DNA of 62,004 nucleotides, counting the filler, from Sphacelaria rigidula (lineage: Eukaryota): assembly GCA_964200075.2 (NCBI GenBank). It is 9 parts of 9 records of this genome, joined end to end, with 100 filler letters (N's around TTAATTAATTAA, not from the genome) between each part and the next. Parts side by side here need not be neighbours in the genome. Positions count along the whole stretch, not along the records: positions 6,902 to 13,702 come from CAXNAA020018013.1; positions 13,803 to 20,603 come from CAXNAA020018014.1; positions 20,704 to 27,504 come from CAXNAA020018015.1; 6 more parts are not named here. One strand, 5' to 3'. Below, piece after piece: positions 11,480-23,350 of the stretch. The translations under genes were made by a program, and so were the position numbers. The first letter of the stretch is position 1; each line of letters starts with the position of its first letter. A model generated the notes under the pieces. That model was not told the DNA's origin. It worked only from the letters and a program-made list of their open reading frames with translations, and did no database searches.

Positions 11480-12140
11480 CTTGAACGTATTTTGTCGAAA
11501 TCGGCGGCGTCGATTTCAGGTCTACCAACGCACACTATGCCTAGGGCAACGTATGTACTCTCCTTGTCCGAGGGTCTCGTACGCCTTGGGTCGGATTTAG
11601 GTGCTGGTCGAGAACGTGTTTCGTCGAAATCGGCGGCTACGGCATCGATTTCAGGTCTGCCAACGCACACTATACCTAGGGGAAAGTATGTACCCGCCTT
11701 ATCCGAGGGTATCATACTCCTTGGGTCGGGGTCAGGTGCTCGTCCAGAAGCTGCTTTTGTCGAAATCGGCGCCTGCGGCGTCGATTTCAGGTCTGCCAAC
11801 ACACTCTATGCCTAATGGAACGTGTGTACGGTCAGAACCGGATCTTCAGTAGGGCTGACAGTCCCGTGTGCGGCTCACCTTTGGTGAACGCGTTCTTGTT
11901 CAAGACCCACTGTACCGAGGCCGCCCGTTGCCTGGGGAATGTATGTACCGCCCTCATTACCCAAGGGTTCTCGGTATGCATTGGGGGTCTACCAAGGCCG
12001 TACTTTGCTCAGGGAATGCTATGTACCGCCCTCGCCCGAGGGTTCTCGGTATGCGTTAGGTTGGGGTTGGGGTTAGGGTTAGCGATACTTGTAAAATGTG
12101 TCAACGATGAACATTTGGAGCCCAGCCTCGGTGAACCCTT
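11480..12140 (+). repeat. Tandemly amplified ~120-bp module of the TTAGGG-carrying TIR family, ending in gttagg/gggtta tract and right TIR
   Basis: At least three copies of GTCGAAATCGGCG..CGATTTCAGGTCT.CCAAC.CAC.CTAT.CCTA, then partial copies. The end resembles 55510-55608. Confidence 0.75.
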
Positions 12141-13639
12141 GGACCTCGAAGCTTACAGTCCATCGCATACTTTTTTCAAGTGAAATTGATGCCGATTCAG
12201 AAGACGACCTATACCCTAGACCGCAAACATACAAGTAGTTCATCTGGACTACACCCACGTTTTTCAAGTGAAATTGATGGCGATTCAACAGATGACCTAC
12301 TCTCCTGGCTGTCCAAGCATCAACTACAGCGTAGCCTCAAAACGCACACGATGTACCGGGACAGAATCTGCGAAGTTAAATTGGCGGGCGAAGCCCGCAT
12401 CACGAGCCAAACCTCCCACACGAAGATTTGGGTAACCCAAAGTTAATTGACAGAAGCGCGACTATGGCCGAGCATTCAAACTCGGCACTGGCCCAAAATT
12501 GACGATCTCTCCACAATCAGACAGGGGACGAAAACATGGGACATGTCCTATTGCACTCAAAAAACACTCAAGCATCTCTCATGTGTTGGAGCTTCCACTG
12601 TCCGTTCTGTTGTGGGGTGCTACACATTGCGAAGACGGTTTGGATTGCAGAGGCTGCGATATTGTCGTTGTGTTCATCTGTGCAGAGAACAACGTTAGTC
12701 GGCACGCTTCATGGGTGTGTTGACTGTTTCCTCTTCGGTAAGACGAGCAACGCGCTGTCCGTTGCTGCAACACTCCTGCTGGTGCCGTGCGTTGGGCGTC
12801 CTGTACTGTACTGTACAGCTGTGTTGTGTTCAGTGTACTATATTGTATTATTCTATTCATGAAGCTGTGTCGTGTTGGAACACTACGAGATTAGACCGCA
12901 CAAACACAAGGTTGGGCTATTACATGTGTATGTACACAAACAGCAGCGCTTTTCTTAACATACTTCCTTGTCGTGGGAGGCACGACAACTATTTTCACTC
13001 TCGTCCCCCACGTCACCAACGCAGCGGAGCCTTGGGTGTATAGACGGTATGTCACCACATCAGTTGCGATACCCCGAAGCGTACTCGTAGGTTCCAACAA
13101 GTCCGAAAAACTCCTGTTTTTCCAGGAATCTCGCCAAATGGCAGGATTCTTAAATATACCGGGATGCATCTTTTATCAAAGATCCAGCTGAAATTCCCGG
13201 ATCTTGTTGTTGGGATGACTCGCGGAACATCAAAGTTTCGGTTCTTTTCATGGAAAGGTCGCGAACTTATTTCCAACTTTCAACCATGAGGATCGGAAAA
13301 CGTGACGTGCCGATGCGCATTACACCAACAGTTGGTGAAACTGTCAAGTGAAAGCTGTTCTTCACCCTTCTTCACCGTTCTTAGCGCCCGTTCATGTCAT
13401 AAATTGGGAGGCATCTTCCTCAAAGATTCATTCGGAGAATCCTCGATGTTATTTCGGGGTCTCCGTTGAGTTATCTCAAACTCGTAGTCCAGGACTTTGC
13501 TCCTCTCGTGAATGTGGAATATTTGTTATTAATTTGAATACCAAATGTGACGCAACGCAAACCAAATCATACTGCAACATACACCTTGGTGCATGTGATC
13601 CTTGCCGCCAATGTATTCCCTACTGTACGCCTGCCGGTC

Positions 13640-13702
13640 GCCCCGGTGGCTCAGTTGGTAACCTCGTAACCTTCTGATGGTTGAGTTGGGGGGTTCGATT
13701 CC
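13640..13702 (+). mobile_element. tRNA-derived SINE head (or tRNA pseudogene) cut by contig end
   Basis: GCCCCGGTGGCTCAGTTGGT (A box) ... GGTTCGATTCC (B box). The anticodon arm is not canonical. Confidence 0.55.
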
Positions 13703-13899
13703 NNNNNNNNNNNNNNNNNNNNNNNNNNNNNNNNNNNNNNNNNNNNTTAATTAATTAANNNNNNNNNNNNNNNNNNNNNNNNNNNNNNNNNNNNNNNNNN
13801 NNGGGGGAGCACTGGCCAGTGTTTGCAAGAACAGATTTTTATTTGTGGATTTTATATTTATCGAGTCTAGCTGCGAGACCTTGAAATTTTCCCCAACGT

Positions 13900-14334
13900 C
13901 GGACAGCTCATGAGCTACCCGGAACAAGAAATCACAAAAGTCATCTCAAATCTGTTGGTCAGAAGACACCACATACGTGACCGCGGGGTCAGAGAAGTCA
14001 AAGCGCAGCCCTTACGCTACTCCGCGTGCTCGGTGTCCAGCGCTGCAGGGGAAAAAAATATCAGGGCTCTTTACGTTACAAGTCACAAAATTCGTTGCAC
14101 GTGAAGCTCTGTGAAAAGCCAAGTCAAATAACATCAAGCGTCGAGCCTGGCTAGTACTACGGTGGGGGGACCACGTAGGGCCCCCACTGTAGTTCTAGCC
14201 AGGCTTAACTTGTGACGTGTGACGTCAAGAGCCCTGAAAAATATTGGAACAGGGGCTAAAGGAGCTGTTATAGCTCATGGTCCGGATCAGTACACTTAAC
14301 ATGGGCAATAATTGTGTAGCTCATGAGCTGTCCG
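13900..14334. mobile_element. Foldback MITE with TIR CGGACAGCTCATGAGCTAC; related ends at 15960-16031 and 60874-60950
   Basis: 19-bp perfect inverted ends, internal inverted pair near 14060-14087 / 14210-14237, and a central hairpin near 14144-14206. Confidence 0.7.
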
Positions 14335-16075
14335 GCGTGTGCAACTTTTGAAATGTTCCACGGTTCGGATAAATTATCGCCGGTTGGAATCACTAAATCC
14401 ACGATTTTTCAGGCCTGATTGCTCAAAAAAAAATTACCGTTGGTCAAAAAGATCTCCACGCATTTTTTGGGTCATTCCACGTGCCTGGGCTGCGCGTACC
14501 TGGGCTGCAATGCTGAAAACAAGGCTAGGGATTGATTCGTACGGTACGAATCACATTAAAATCAAGTAATTTCCAGGCGACTCGTTCAGTCGTTCGACCC
14601 TTGAAATGTTCATTACTTCCTCGACTCACCGTTGATATCGGTAGTTTGGGGTTCGGTGGGGATGATGAGCTAAAATATCATAGCTGACTAAATAACTGTG
14701 TAAAATAAACTTAATGATGACAAATAAAAGTCACGTTTTCGTAAGGGCACTCGATTGTTACCATGAATTGCTGAAAACTTGCGATATTTCCCTGGGAAAT
14801 CACAAAGAGTCACGACTCATGAATCTTGCACCATAATCTGATTCACCTGTACTTTCTCTGCAGACGCGTCAGTCTCTTTGCGTATGAGATGGATGCAACA
14901 CGCAACATGCGGGCGAATTTGTGGAACACCGTTGTCCGTCATGAAGTTCTCTCCTGTACGTGAAAACTCTCGTTTTTTTCTCTCCATTTTACTTACTCGG
15001 TCTATTTATTATAGGAGGAGAAAACTGAACAAACATAAAAAGTGACAAAAGGCCTCATGCTGATCACGCATCTTGTACTCCTATTGGTTGATTGATCTGA
15101 TGTGATTGATTGTCGCACTTTAACTGACCACCCATGGGTCCAGCCGTGGTCGCATGATAGACGTACCCAACAAAAGTAAAACTGAAACACCCGCTCAAGA
15201 AAATAAGGAACAGAAAAAATTCCAACAAAACGACATAGTAGACTACGACGTAAAAAAAAAAAAACAAGGGCGAAGCATAGAAAGAGATGGCCGACCTGAA
15301 AACAAAAAAATGAAATAAAATAATTTAAAGGAAAAAGCCCACGGAATTCAGGGCAGCAGAGTAGATACAGACACACACACCAGTGGGGCACCGCAAAGCC
15401 ACCGGCCAAGGACATAATCAACAACCGATATGAGTACATTTAGTACATATACACACACCATGTATCCCATCACCTTTTTCATTTATGCGGCGGAATTTAA
15501 TTTTGGAGCAAAACAAAACAGAACAAAAAGCGGTCCGTCATATTCTTCAGCGGCGGAATCACTTCAGCAGGCAAAAACACATCATCTCATTGGCTACCCA
15601 CCCGCATGTTACACCTGTGTATATAACCTACACCATAGGTCCCATCACCTTTTCTCGGTACAGTACAGTATGCGACAACTTCTGTTCCACGAGAAGAAAA
15701 AAAAAAAAAACAGGAAAATGTCATTTTTTCAGCGGCGGAATCACTCACTTCATGAGACAGAAACACTTGATTCCACACGACAGACACCTCATGAACTACC
15801 GAAAACAACAAACCGAAAAAGAAATTTCAGATCCCTTGGTCAAAGGCCGAGAAAAAAAAAACGAGACCGCAGGGTCAGAGGAGCCAAAAGCACAATATTT
15901 GTATTACTTCGAGTGTTCGGTGTCCACCGCTACAGGGAAATAATATGGGAACGGTGGCCAAATGAGCTAGGTCATGATCCGGATCAGTACACGAATAATA
16001 AAAAAATACTCATGTAGCTCATGAGCTGTCCAACATGTGCTTCATTTCATCGCCCACCACGACCGCATGCTTTAC

Positions 16076-19000
16076 CTGTAGATAACCCCGGATGTTTCTC
16101 GTGTCCGACCCTTCGTACACCAGCACCCGACTGTAACCGGACGCCATGATATCTGCCATCGTCGCCCCTCCCAGCTTCTCATCTCGGCTTAGGCAGAACA
16201 CCTGCGGGCAGTGCAGTTTTACGCCAATTCTTTTTCGTGAGAAAAGTCCACGGTTGAAAACGTACTTTGGGGATACCGCAGGTAGTACACGATAGAAAAC
16301 GTATTTCCGGGGTACCGTACGGTAGGACACGTTTGAAAACGAATTTCGGGGGCACGGTGGGACACGGTTGGAAACGTACTTCGGGGGTACGGTAGGAGGA
16401 CCATCAGATTCGTATCTTTGGGAGAGGCCGGACAGTCCCGGGTGCTTCCATCGTGCGCAGGACGCGTTTTTTGCTCGAAGTGAAGTCTCATAATAATCCG
16501 CTCCATAACCGCTTCTATCTCATTGTAAGAAATAGTAAAGGCTTGGAGCCTACGTCGATGACCGCGAGTTTGAGAAATCGGGCCAAAAGTACGGGAAAAA
16601 AAACTAAATGATGAAGGAGTCGCTGATTTGAGCCCCGCCGAGGCACGCTTTGCCTACGAGTCGTGGGGCACGGCATGCGCACCCCTTGCCAGGAGGTTCT
16701 TGGTATCCCTTGTGCTGGGGTCAGGGTTAGGGTTTCAAGGTTAGGATTAGCCTTGAATCCGGTGTGATAAACGTCAACGGTGATGATACAGCTGTATGCG
16801 GTAAGAATACGCGGTTTGTGTTGGAGGATGACGAATCATAAAAAATGTTTTCCGGCGGATGCCCACCCAAAAATAAATCAAGGGTCTATACCATACACCA
16901 ATGGTGGTACTTTGAATGTGTTTTTCTGTAAGAATACGCGGTTTGGTTGTTGGCGGATGACGAAAAATCAAGAATGTATTTTGGCGCATGCCGAACTGAA
17001 AACAAGTTAAGGGTCTTCGTAACGTCAGGCGCCCACGGGCGCAGTGTGTCCAAGGAGCGAGGCTGGTCGGGTAAAAGAGCGCCAAAATGCAGACAGAGAG
17101 AGTATCGCTCGACATCAGACGACCCAGACTTTAACACGCCACCAGCTTTTATCTGGTACAGCACTCCCTGCTACTTGATCGAATCTTTCCACCCACCGAC
17201 CCATCGCTCAAGGGAGGGATTCACCAGCTTGCGGATCATATGGATGAAGTAACGGGGGAGGGGGAAGGGGGAGGGGGGAGGGGGGGTACTGATCATCTCG
17301 TGTGCTGAAGTCAAAACACCATTACTGATCCCGTATCCCTGCAAAGCCGAGACAGAGTACGCGGGTTTCGGCGGAGCACGCTCGCTGTCACCGAGGGAAG
17401 GTGGGCGGCGGTGGGGGGGGGGGGGCAAAGCGGCCAATCGTATGGGCGAATCAATATCAAGCTCGGTAGTCTTTCGTTAGCCCGATAGTTTTGCCACCTG
17501 CGAGATTGCGCTTGTGTCTCGCAGTTGTGTTCATGTTAGTTTCCGGCTTTTTCTCACACGTTCCAAAAAACAAATCGTGATTGTTGAGCTGAACCCTTTT
17601 GGAACCTACTGACGTTTTTTGTTTTCGTGAATCGGCATCATTTTGACTTGAAAATGGATGAAAACGATGCTGATTCACAAAAATTAAAATCGTCAAAGGG
17701 TTCCAAAAGGGTTAAAAGCAAATGACAACAAACTCGAATGAACCCCCTCCCTGTGGGTCAGGGCAGGGGGTTACTGTTTCGCAGGCGAAGTATACGCGTT
17801 TTGACTGTGCTCAACCCTTTTAGAACCCATTGACGTTTTAGTTTTTATCAATCGGCATCATTCTCAGTCATTTTCAAGTCAAAATGATGTCGATTTACGA
17901 AAACAGAAATCGTCAATGGGTTCCAAAAGGGTGAAGAAATACCCTGCTGTCCTCTAGTACAACCGTGTGTCGAGTACAAAACTGCTACTAAAGATAACAT
18001 CGTCTGGACCTGTGATTCTTGCCGGAGAAGGAAAACGGCCGCTGCCGCTACAGTGTATGTAAACCACCAGGTACCACATAATGATGCATCACTGTAACCA
18101 ACATCAGTTTTAACGTTGCTGACAAGCTTCGTTTCCCTTCCTCTAAAAAGCTGTTCGCCGCTTGTTCGACAAATACATTACGAAAATTGATCGTAGACCT
18201 CAGGATAGATAAAACTGCCACGCAATTTTGTATTTCACACGATGCCGTGTACAAATTGAGAGAGGTCAATAATTCAGTGCTTGGTAGCACAACGCACAGC
18301 GATATTTCTACACACACAAACACACACACGCATGTGCGCGCTATTTGCTCGCACATACCAAGCCTACTTCACCATGGCTTTACCACCTCCCACCCCTTCC
18401 CAAAGAGACTGGTTGGCACCCTTGTACGTTTCACGACTACTCTCGCCCTGTATGTGTACCTAAACCCTCACTTGTAGACGACGGCTTGTATAAAACTGAC
18501 CGTCGCCTCATCATCCACTGAGCATACACCCCCACGAGGCACGGCTGGGCAACAGCGCAAGCGAAAACTCCGCTGCAAGACCGTCAGACTGTTGCTGCTG
18601 TAGCTTCAGACGGCACCCGATTAGTATTTAGTTGTCAAATATTCCGTACAGGGTAGCAGGAATATGCCTTACAGGGGAGAGAGAGGCGAACGCTGCGGCT
18701 ACATACAGTGTGCATACACCTACCGCTGCAGAGCCGTTTCAGATTCGGTTCTACAAAGATCTGCTCGTTTGTTTTTTCACCGTCTGCATCATATTATTTT
18801 TGTTTTCTTCATCTTCTGCACTCGTTGCTGTCTGTCGTTACTGCATACAAAATTAAATGTTTTGCTTCTTCTTTTTTTCTTCAATTTTCACCAATCAAAA
18901 GCAACATTCATTCATCATAAATAATCGACCGAAAGGTTCTCGTTCAGGTACATGCCTTACTCAACATCTGGGTGTCGCAGGCTGATCGGATGAGCACCCG

Positions 19001-19793
19001 CTTCAGCATTACGTCGACTCGCGCCAGACGAACGTTTCAGTGCTACGAGTATTTACGCGAAGTCCACAAGTTTCAGTCGACGATAGAAACTAGATACTTC
19101 TCCGTGAAAAAAAAAAGAAAAAGTCACGTCACATCTGCCGGATCAAACCCGGCTTTCCCCCCCAATTTGGTTCCAGTTGTAACCGTTCCACGAAAGCGGA
19201 CGTACATATTACACCACCTACCCCCTTTTGTCGACAGGGGGGCGGAGGGGGGGGGCGTGTACTCATGATCTTGCACGCCGTAGTCATATGACCGTTGAGC
19301 TCGCATCCCTACAAAGCAGGGACGGGGCACGCCGGGTTTTCGCCGGACCAGGCTCGCACTCAAACCACAACCAAGCAGGAAGCGCCGTGACGTGTTCGGC
19401 GAGTCGCATCAAGGGTGAGCTGCATCCTCCCAAGATTGTTCGGCTCGAAGCGTACTCATTATCTCTAAAATACGGACGACAGCCTCGGATGAGTTGCTTC
19501 GTCTTCTGGCGGTATCGCCACTTCCAGAGACAGCCATGGGTTACACCCTGCCTTCAGACGTGACTTTAGATCAACGTGTACTCGTTCTTTATCGAACGAC
19601 TTGATGCTGTTATTAGGAGGACGCCTAACAAGGTGTATCGTACATGCACGACAAATCACGCGACACCACCCGTCTCCACCAGTGCCTGTACGAGTGGGAC
19701 CGCATCCTATTATACTCTACTACAGGAACACAGCCCAAGAAACACACAGTACCTTATCCATGGGGACCATTGCCTCCGAGACGCACTTCTCAG
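16076..19793 (-). CDS. CNNM/DUF21-CBS domain metal (Mg2+) transporter-like protein, partial (exons 19753-19793 and 16076-16201)
   Basis: Spliced translation xEKCVSEAMVPMDK-VFCLSRDEKLGGATMADIMASGYSRVLVYEGSDTRNIRGYLQ matches the CNNM first CBS motif (M.P...VF.L......I..SGYSR.PVY....NI.G). Both exons have AG/GT ends and the junction is phase 0. Confidence 0.85.
16256..16402. repeat. Degenerate minisatellite, about 4 copies of a 35-40-bp unit (GAAAACGTA.TT.GGGG.TAC.GTAGGACACG)
   Basis: Direct observation, within the CNNM intron. Confidence 0.7.
17592..17932. mobile_element. Two ~120-bp palindromic MITEs (17592-17713, 17813-17932) with piggyBac-like AACCCTTTT...AAAAGGGT ends
   Basis: Each copy is self-complementary and the two are related. 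A TTAA-like flank is present at the right end of copy 1. Confidence 0.6.
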
Positions 19794-20703
19794 CTGTCAG
19801 GAGAACGCCGTTCACGATAGCAACTTCGTCCGGATGCTGCACGAACAAAAATGGAGGCCAAGGGAGGGGGGAGGGGGGGGGGAATGGCAGCGAGGGTTAT
19901 AACTTTGCAAGATGGACAACAGTTGAAAGGAGACGGGAGCAAAAACAGCATACCCTTGACAAAAGAATACACAGTCAACAAGTGTACTGCGTACAGTATC
20001 GACTATTGCGTCTATCGCGACAATAGGTTCCATACTGTACGCAGTATATTTTTTTACAATGGAACCTACTGTCTAGGGTGTGAAATACAGTCACTCCTGA
20101 GTGATGCCGCCATGACCCCCTCCAGAAAAGTGGGGGGTTTGAGGGGAGGGACAGAACCTACATGTAGATCAAAATGACCAAAAACGAGAACACCGAGCAG
20201 CTGGGAACAACTCCCAAGCTTGAGGCCGTTTTCGCCGGGGTTGCCCACACGCGGCGCTTGATACAGCATGATACCTAGCTATCATGCGCTGTATGATATA
20301 TTTCTTCGTGACAGTTTTGGGGCTGCTTGGGGGGGGAGGGGGGTGCCGCCGTATCCCTCTCTTCCACGACGCTATCCAGCTATGGATAACAGTGGAGAAA
20401 CAGGGGGGACAATCAGGGCTCTCTTCATTCTACACTGTCCTGAGGGAGGAGAGGGGAGTGGGGTGATCCGCCGTCTGTGGTAGGTGGGGCCCCTCGGATC
20501 GTAGCCCGTAGTACCGGTGCGTCTTGAAGGGATGACGATCTTCAGGGGGGGTGGGGTTCAAGCAGGAACAGTACTAGATCCGTCGGTGGTGGGCGGGGGG
20601 GGGNNNNNNNNNNNNNNNNNNNNNNNNNNNNNNNNNNNNNNNNNNNNTTAATTAATTAANNNNNNNNNNNNNNNNNNNNNNNNNNNNNNNNNNNNNNNNN
20701 NNN

Positions 20704-20777
20704 AAGGGATGCGTGGTCAATGGTCAAACGACTAAGGCAAGCAACAAATGAGTACGCCCCCCCACACACACACACAC
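20704..20777 (+). mobile_element. 3' end of a C-tailed retroposon (contig start)
   Basis: AAGGGATGCGTGGTCAATGGTCAAACGACTAAGGCAAGCAACAAATGAGTAC is identical to 61949-62000. It is followed by g, a C-run and (CA)n. Confidence 0.75.
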
Positions 20778-21799
20778 ATGAGTAGGGTTGTGATACCAGA
20801 CGAAAGGCGTGGGCCGCAGTAAATCTGTTCACTAGAAGAATTTCATATCTGATACGAAATAGGAGCATGGTCTACTTTCAGTCTGCTGCTCCGGTTTTCT
20901 TTTGGCGCTCTGCCTGCAATGTTTGCGTCCGCTGGACAGGCTGAAGGAGAATTCGACATTGAGGGGCAGCAAAGTGACGGGTAACATATGTTCTTGTTTG
21001 TTGGAGGTGAAGAGGCGTTGAGGGGTAGGTTGTCGATTCCGTTGACGTTGTTGAACGTGCTCGCTGTTTCCTGTGATTCTGTGCGGGAAGGGTTGTAAGG
21101 TACATGTTGCTGTGTCTCGCGGCAATGTTTTGCCTGAGCTCTCTGTGTTTTTTACCAAGTGCCGATCGATGTTTTTCTCACGGGATGAGGGGGGAAGGGG
21201 TGGCGTTCTTCGCGAGGCATTCACGGCGGCACGAGTTTTTTAAACTGTATACAGATATTATCTTTTGGCATGTATCATACAGATCTGAGGACACTATGCT
21301 CTCGAAGAAGACCGATCCCTTGGAAGGAATGTGCTCCGCTCTGGTGGTCGAGTCTAAGGTCTTCCATTTGTTGCTCCGCACAAGAACGTTGCTTAGCGTG
21401 AGATTTTCAGCATCCTTCCGTAAATACCACGTTAGCTATCAAGCTGCCTGATCACCAGGGTGGACCCCTTACTGGGCACGAGGGACTGAGCTTGTACAGG
21501 AATGTCGGGAACGTGCAATGCGCATTTTGCTTGTCTTTTTCCCGTCAACTCACAAGGCACAGGTCGTGATGAAAAGCGAATTGCTGTGTTCTTGTGTGTA
21601 TTTCGACTTTCGCATGCATGGAACTTGTTTTGGCATATCTTTTCGTGCGTCCTTTCGAAGGGTTCTTTTCCTGTTTGTGCGATTTCGCTTTTAGTCCATG
21701 GTGTTTCGTGTTTCGTGTCACTATCGTACGTTGCTTTTGCCCATATTTATACTCACGACGCTGCGGGAAAGGAAACCGCACCGCGAGAGTAGTTGTGTC

Positions 21800-23350
21800 G
21801 TAATTTTGTCATGTATTGTCCTGGAGATAAGGGGGGGGGGGCGTGTTGAATCGTGAAAACTTTTAGAGGCCATCGCTCCCGCAGCGACGCCTTTTCTCTC
21901 CTGCCATTCACGTGCGTATAGCATGCTTTTCGAGTCTCGACTAAATTTGAAGTGTGTTTGGAGTCGAAGTTGAAAGGAGCGGTTTGAGACGTTTATGCAG
22001 GTACAGTAGTTTTGGTGGCTCCGATTCTCAAACGGTACCTCAAGGTGTCGCGGTAAAACAAAAAGGGGGCGCAATGTTGGGCCGTATACGACCCTCGATT
22101 GAATCAACTAAGGGTGGTTCTCTGGGGGGTGATACTCCCCGTGTGAGACGCCCCGTACCCCGGTACACTGCGGATCTGAAGTTACTGGTATGATGCCAAA
22201 CGTAGCAGAAACTCATGACCAATGTATGTAATTAAGGGATTAAAATACCGCGTGCGGATGAACTACCGCATGTCCTGCGGTACATTGCTCACTCCGCATC
22301 TGATCATACAAGGGGAGAGGCGGATCTTTCTGGGGGTCGTGTTGGAATCAGGGGGCGAGGAATAGACAACCTTCTGCTCTTGGTGGCAGTATGGTTGAGT
22401 TCTTGATCATGGTTGGATCTTTGTCTGTTCACGAATACGGAGTATTATGATGTATGCAAAGGAATCTAGTCGACGGCAGTATGTGATCGCTACTTTTTAT
22501 TTTGCAGTACTCGTGGAATACAACGGTGGTGAGGTATGTCCTCAATTTCTACAATGAAAAGAAACACACGGCGCTTTTTGTGCTCCCCTTCTTGGTTCCG
22601 GCGATGATAATTTTTCGGTCCTCACATCTATCGTGAGGGAAGAATTGCCCCTTTCTCTCCCGACAAAGAGAATATGCGATATGCACCACGTATTTGTAAA
22701 TATTTCGTAGCCTCGAACGGAAAAATCATCCTAGCTCCGCTAAGTTCTTCAGAAAAGCTACGAAATCAGCCACGCTATCAACATCAGTGCCCCGAGAATT
22801 CATCTTCGATCCGACATGTTCGTAGTGCTCGATTTTTGTTTCATGATATCATTACTCAAGAGCAGCGGATCATTGGACGCCTGTCTGTTAGCCGCGAAAT
22901 GCCTCAGATCGCCCCCAAGATCACCCGTTGTACAGAGGGGGCCAGAATTGTTTTGCCACAACGCCCGCCACAAGAAACGTCGAAGACTGTGCGTTTGCAC
23001 GGAACGAGGTATAAACGAACCCCTCATCCGCCTCTCTTTTCTTGCGACTAGTGGGGTTATTCCGATTGCTGTTCATGACCCATGTTTTGTAAAGACGGCG
23101 CGTCATGTACATGCATGTGCCGTTAGGCAGCGAAACAGCAGCGTTGTAGGCAACGGCGATGGCTCACTCAGTGTGGTGTCGCCACCGCACGGGCAGTCAG
23201 GTGGCTTTTTTGCTCGTCAAAAGTTCCAGTCTTGGTTGAGAAAGATAACGCACTTCTCAATCATCCCCATAAGGGGCACGGGTGGCCGCTAGTATAGCTA
23301 GGCACTCCTTCCTGGCAGTGCGTTCCGTCGTACATGGTGGGCAATGTGGC
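21800..23350 (-). mobile_element. Highly degenerate Ty3/Gypsy pol remnant (RT/RNase H)
   Basis: Scattered fragments in shifting frames resemble Gypsy RT (GSFIPRSV; DVDSVADFVAFLKNL...FFR..LR) and RNase H (VPFENRSHQ; EKHAI). Many stops; boundaries approximate. Confidence 0.45.

Noticed and set aside
12056-12081. True telomere or chromosome end at the TTAGGG tracts
   Set aside because: The tracts are only 2-4 degenerate units, internal to contigs and embedded in dispersed repeats.
14847-14953. Exon-like open segment on the minus strand (ENFMTDNGVPQIRPHVACCIHLIRKETDASAEKVQ) as the next CNNM exon
   Set aside because: Its phase is incompatible with the phase-0 end of exon 16076-16201, the acceptor context is weak, and it does not resemble CBS sequence.
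16256-16402. CRISPR-like array (also considered 6216-6473, 11480-11810 and 29744-29975)
   Set aside because: Units are degenerate tandem repeats without unique spacers, there are no cas genes, and the context is eukaryotic.
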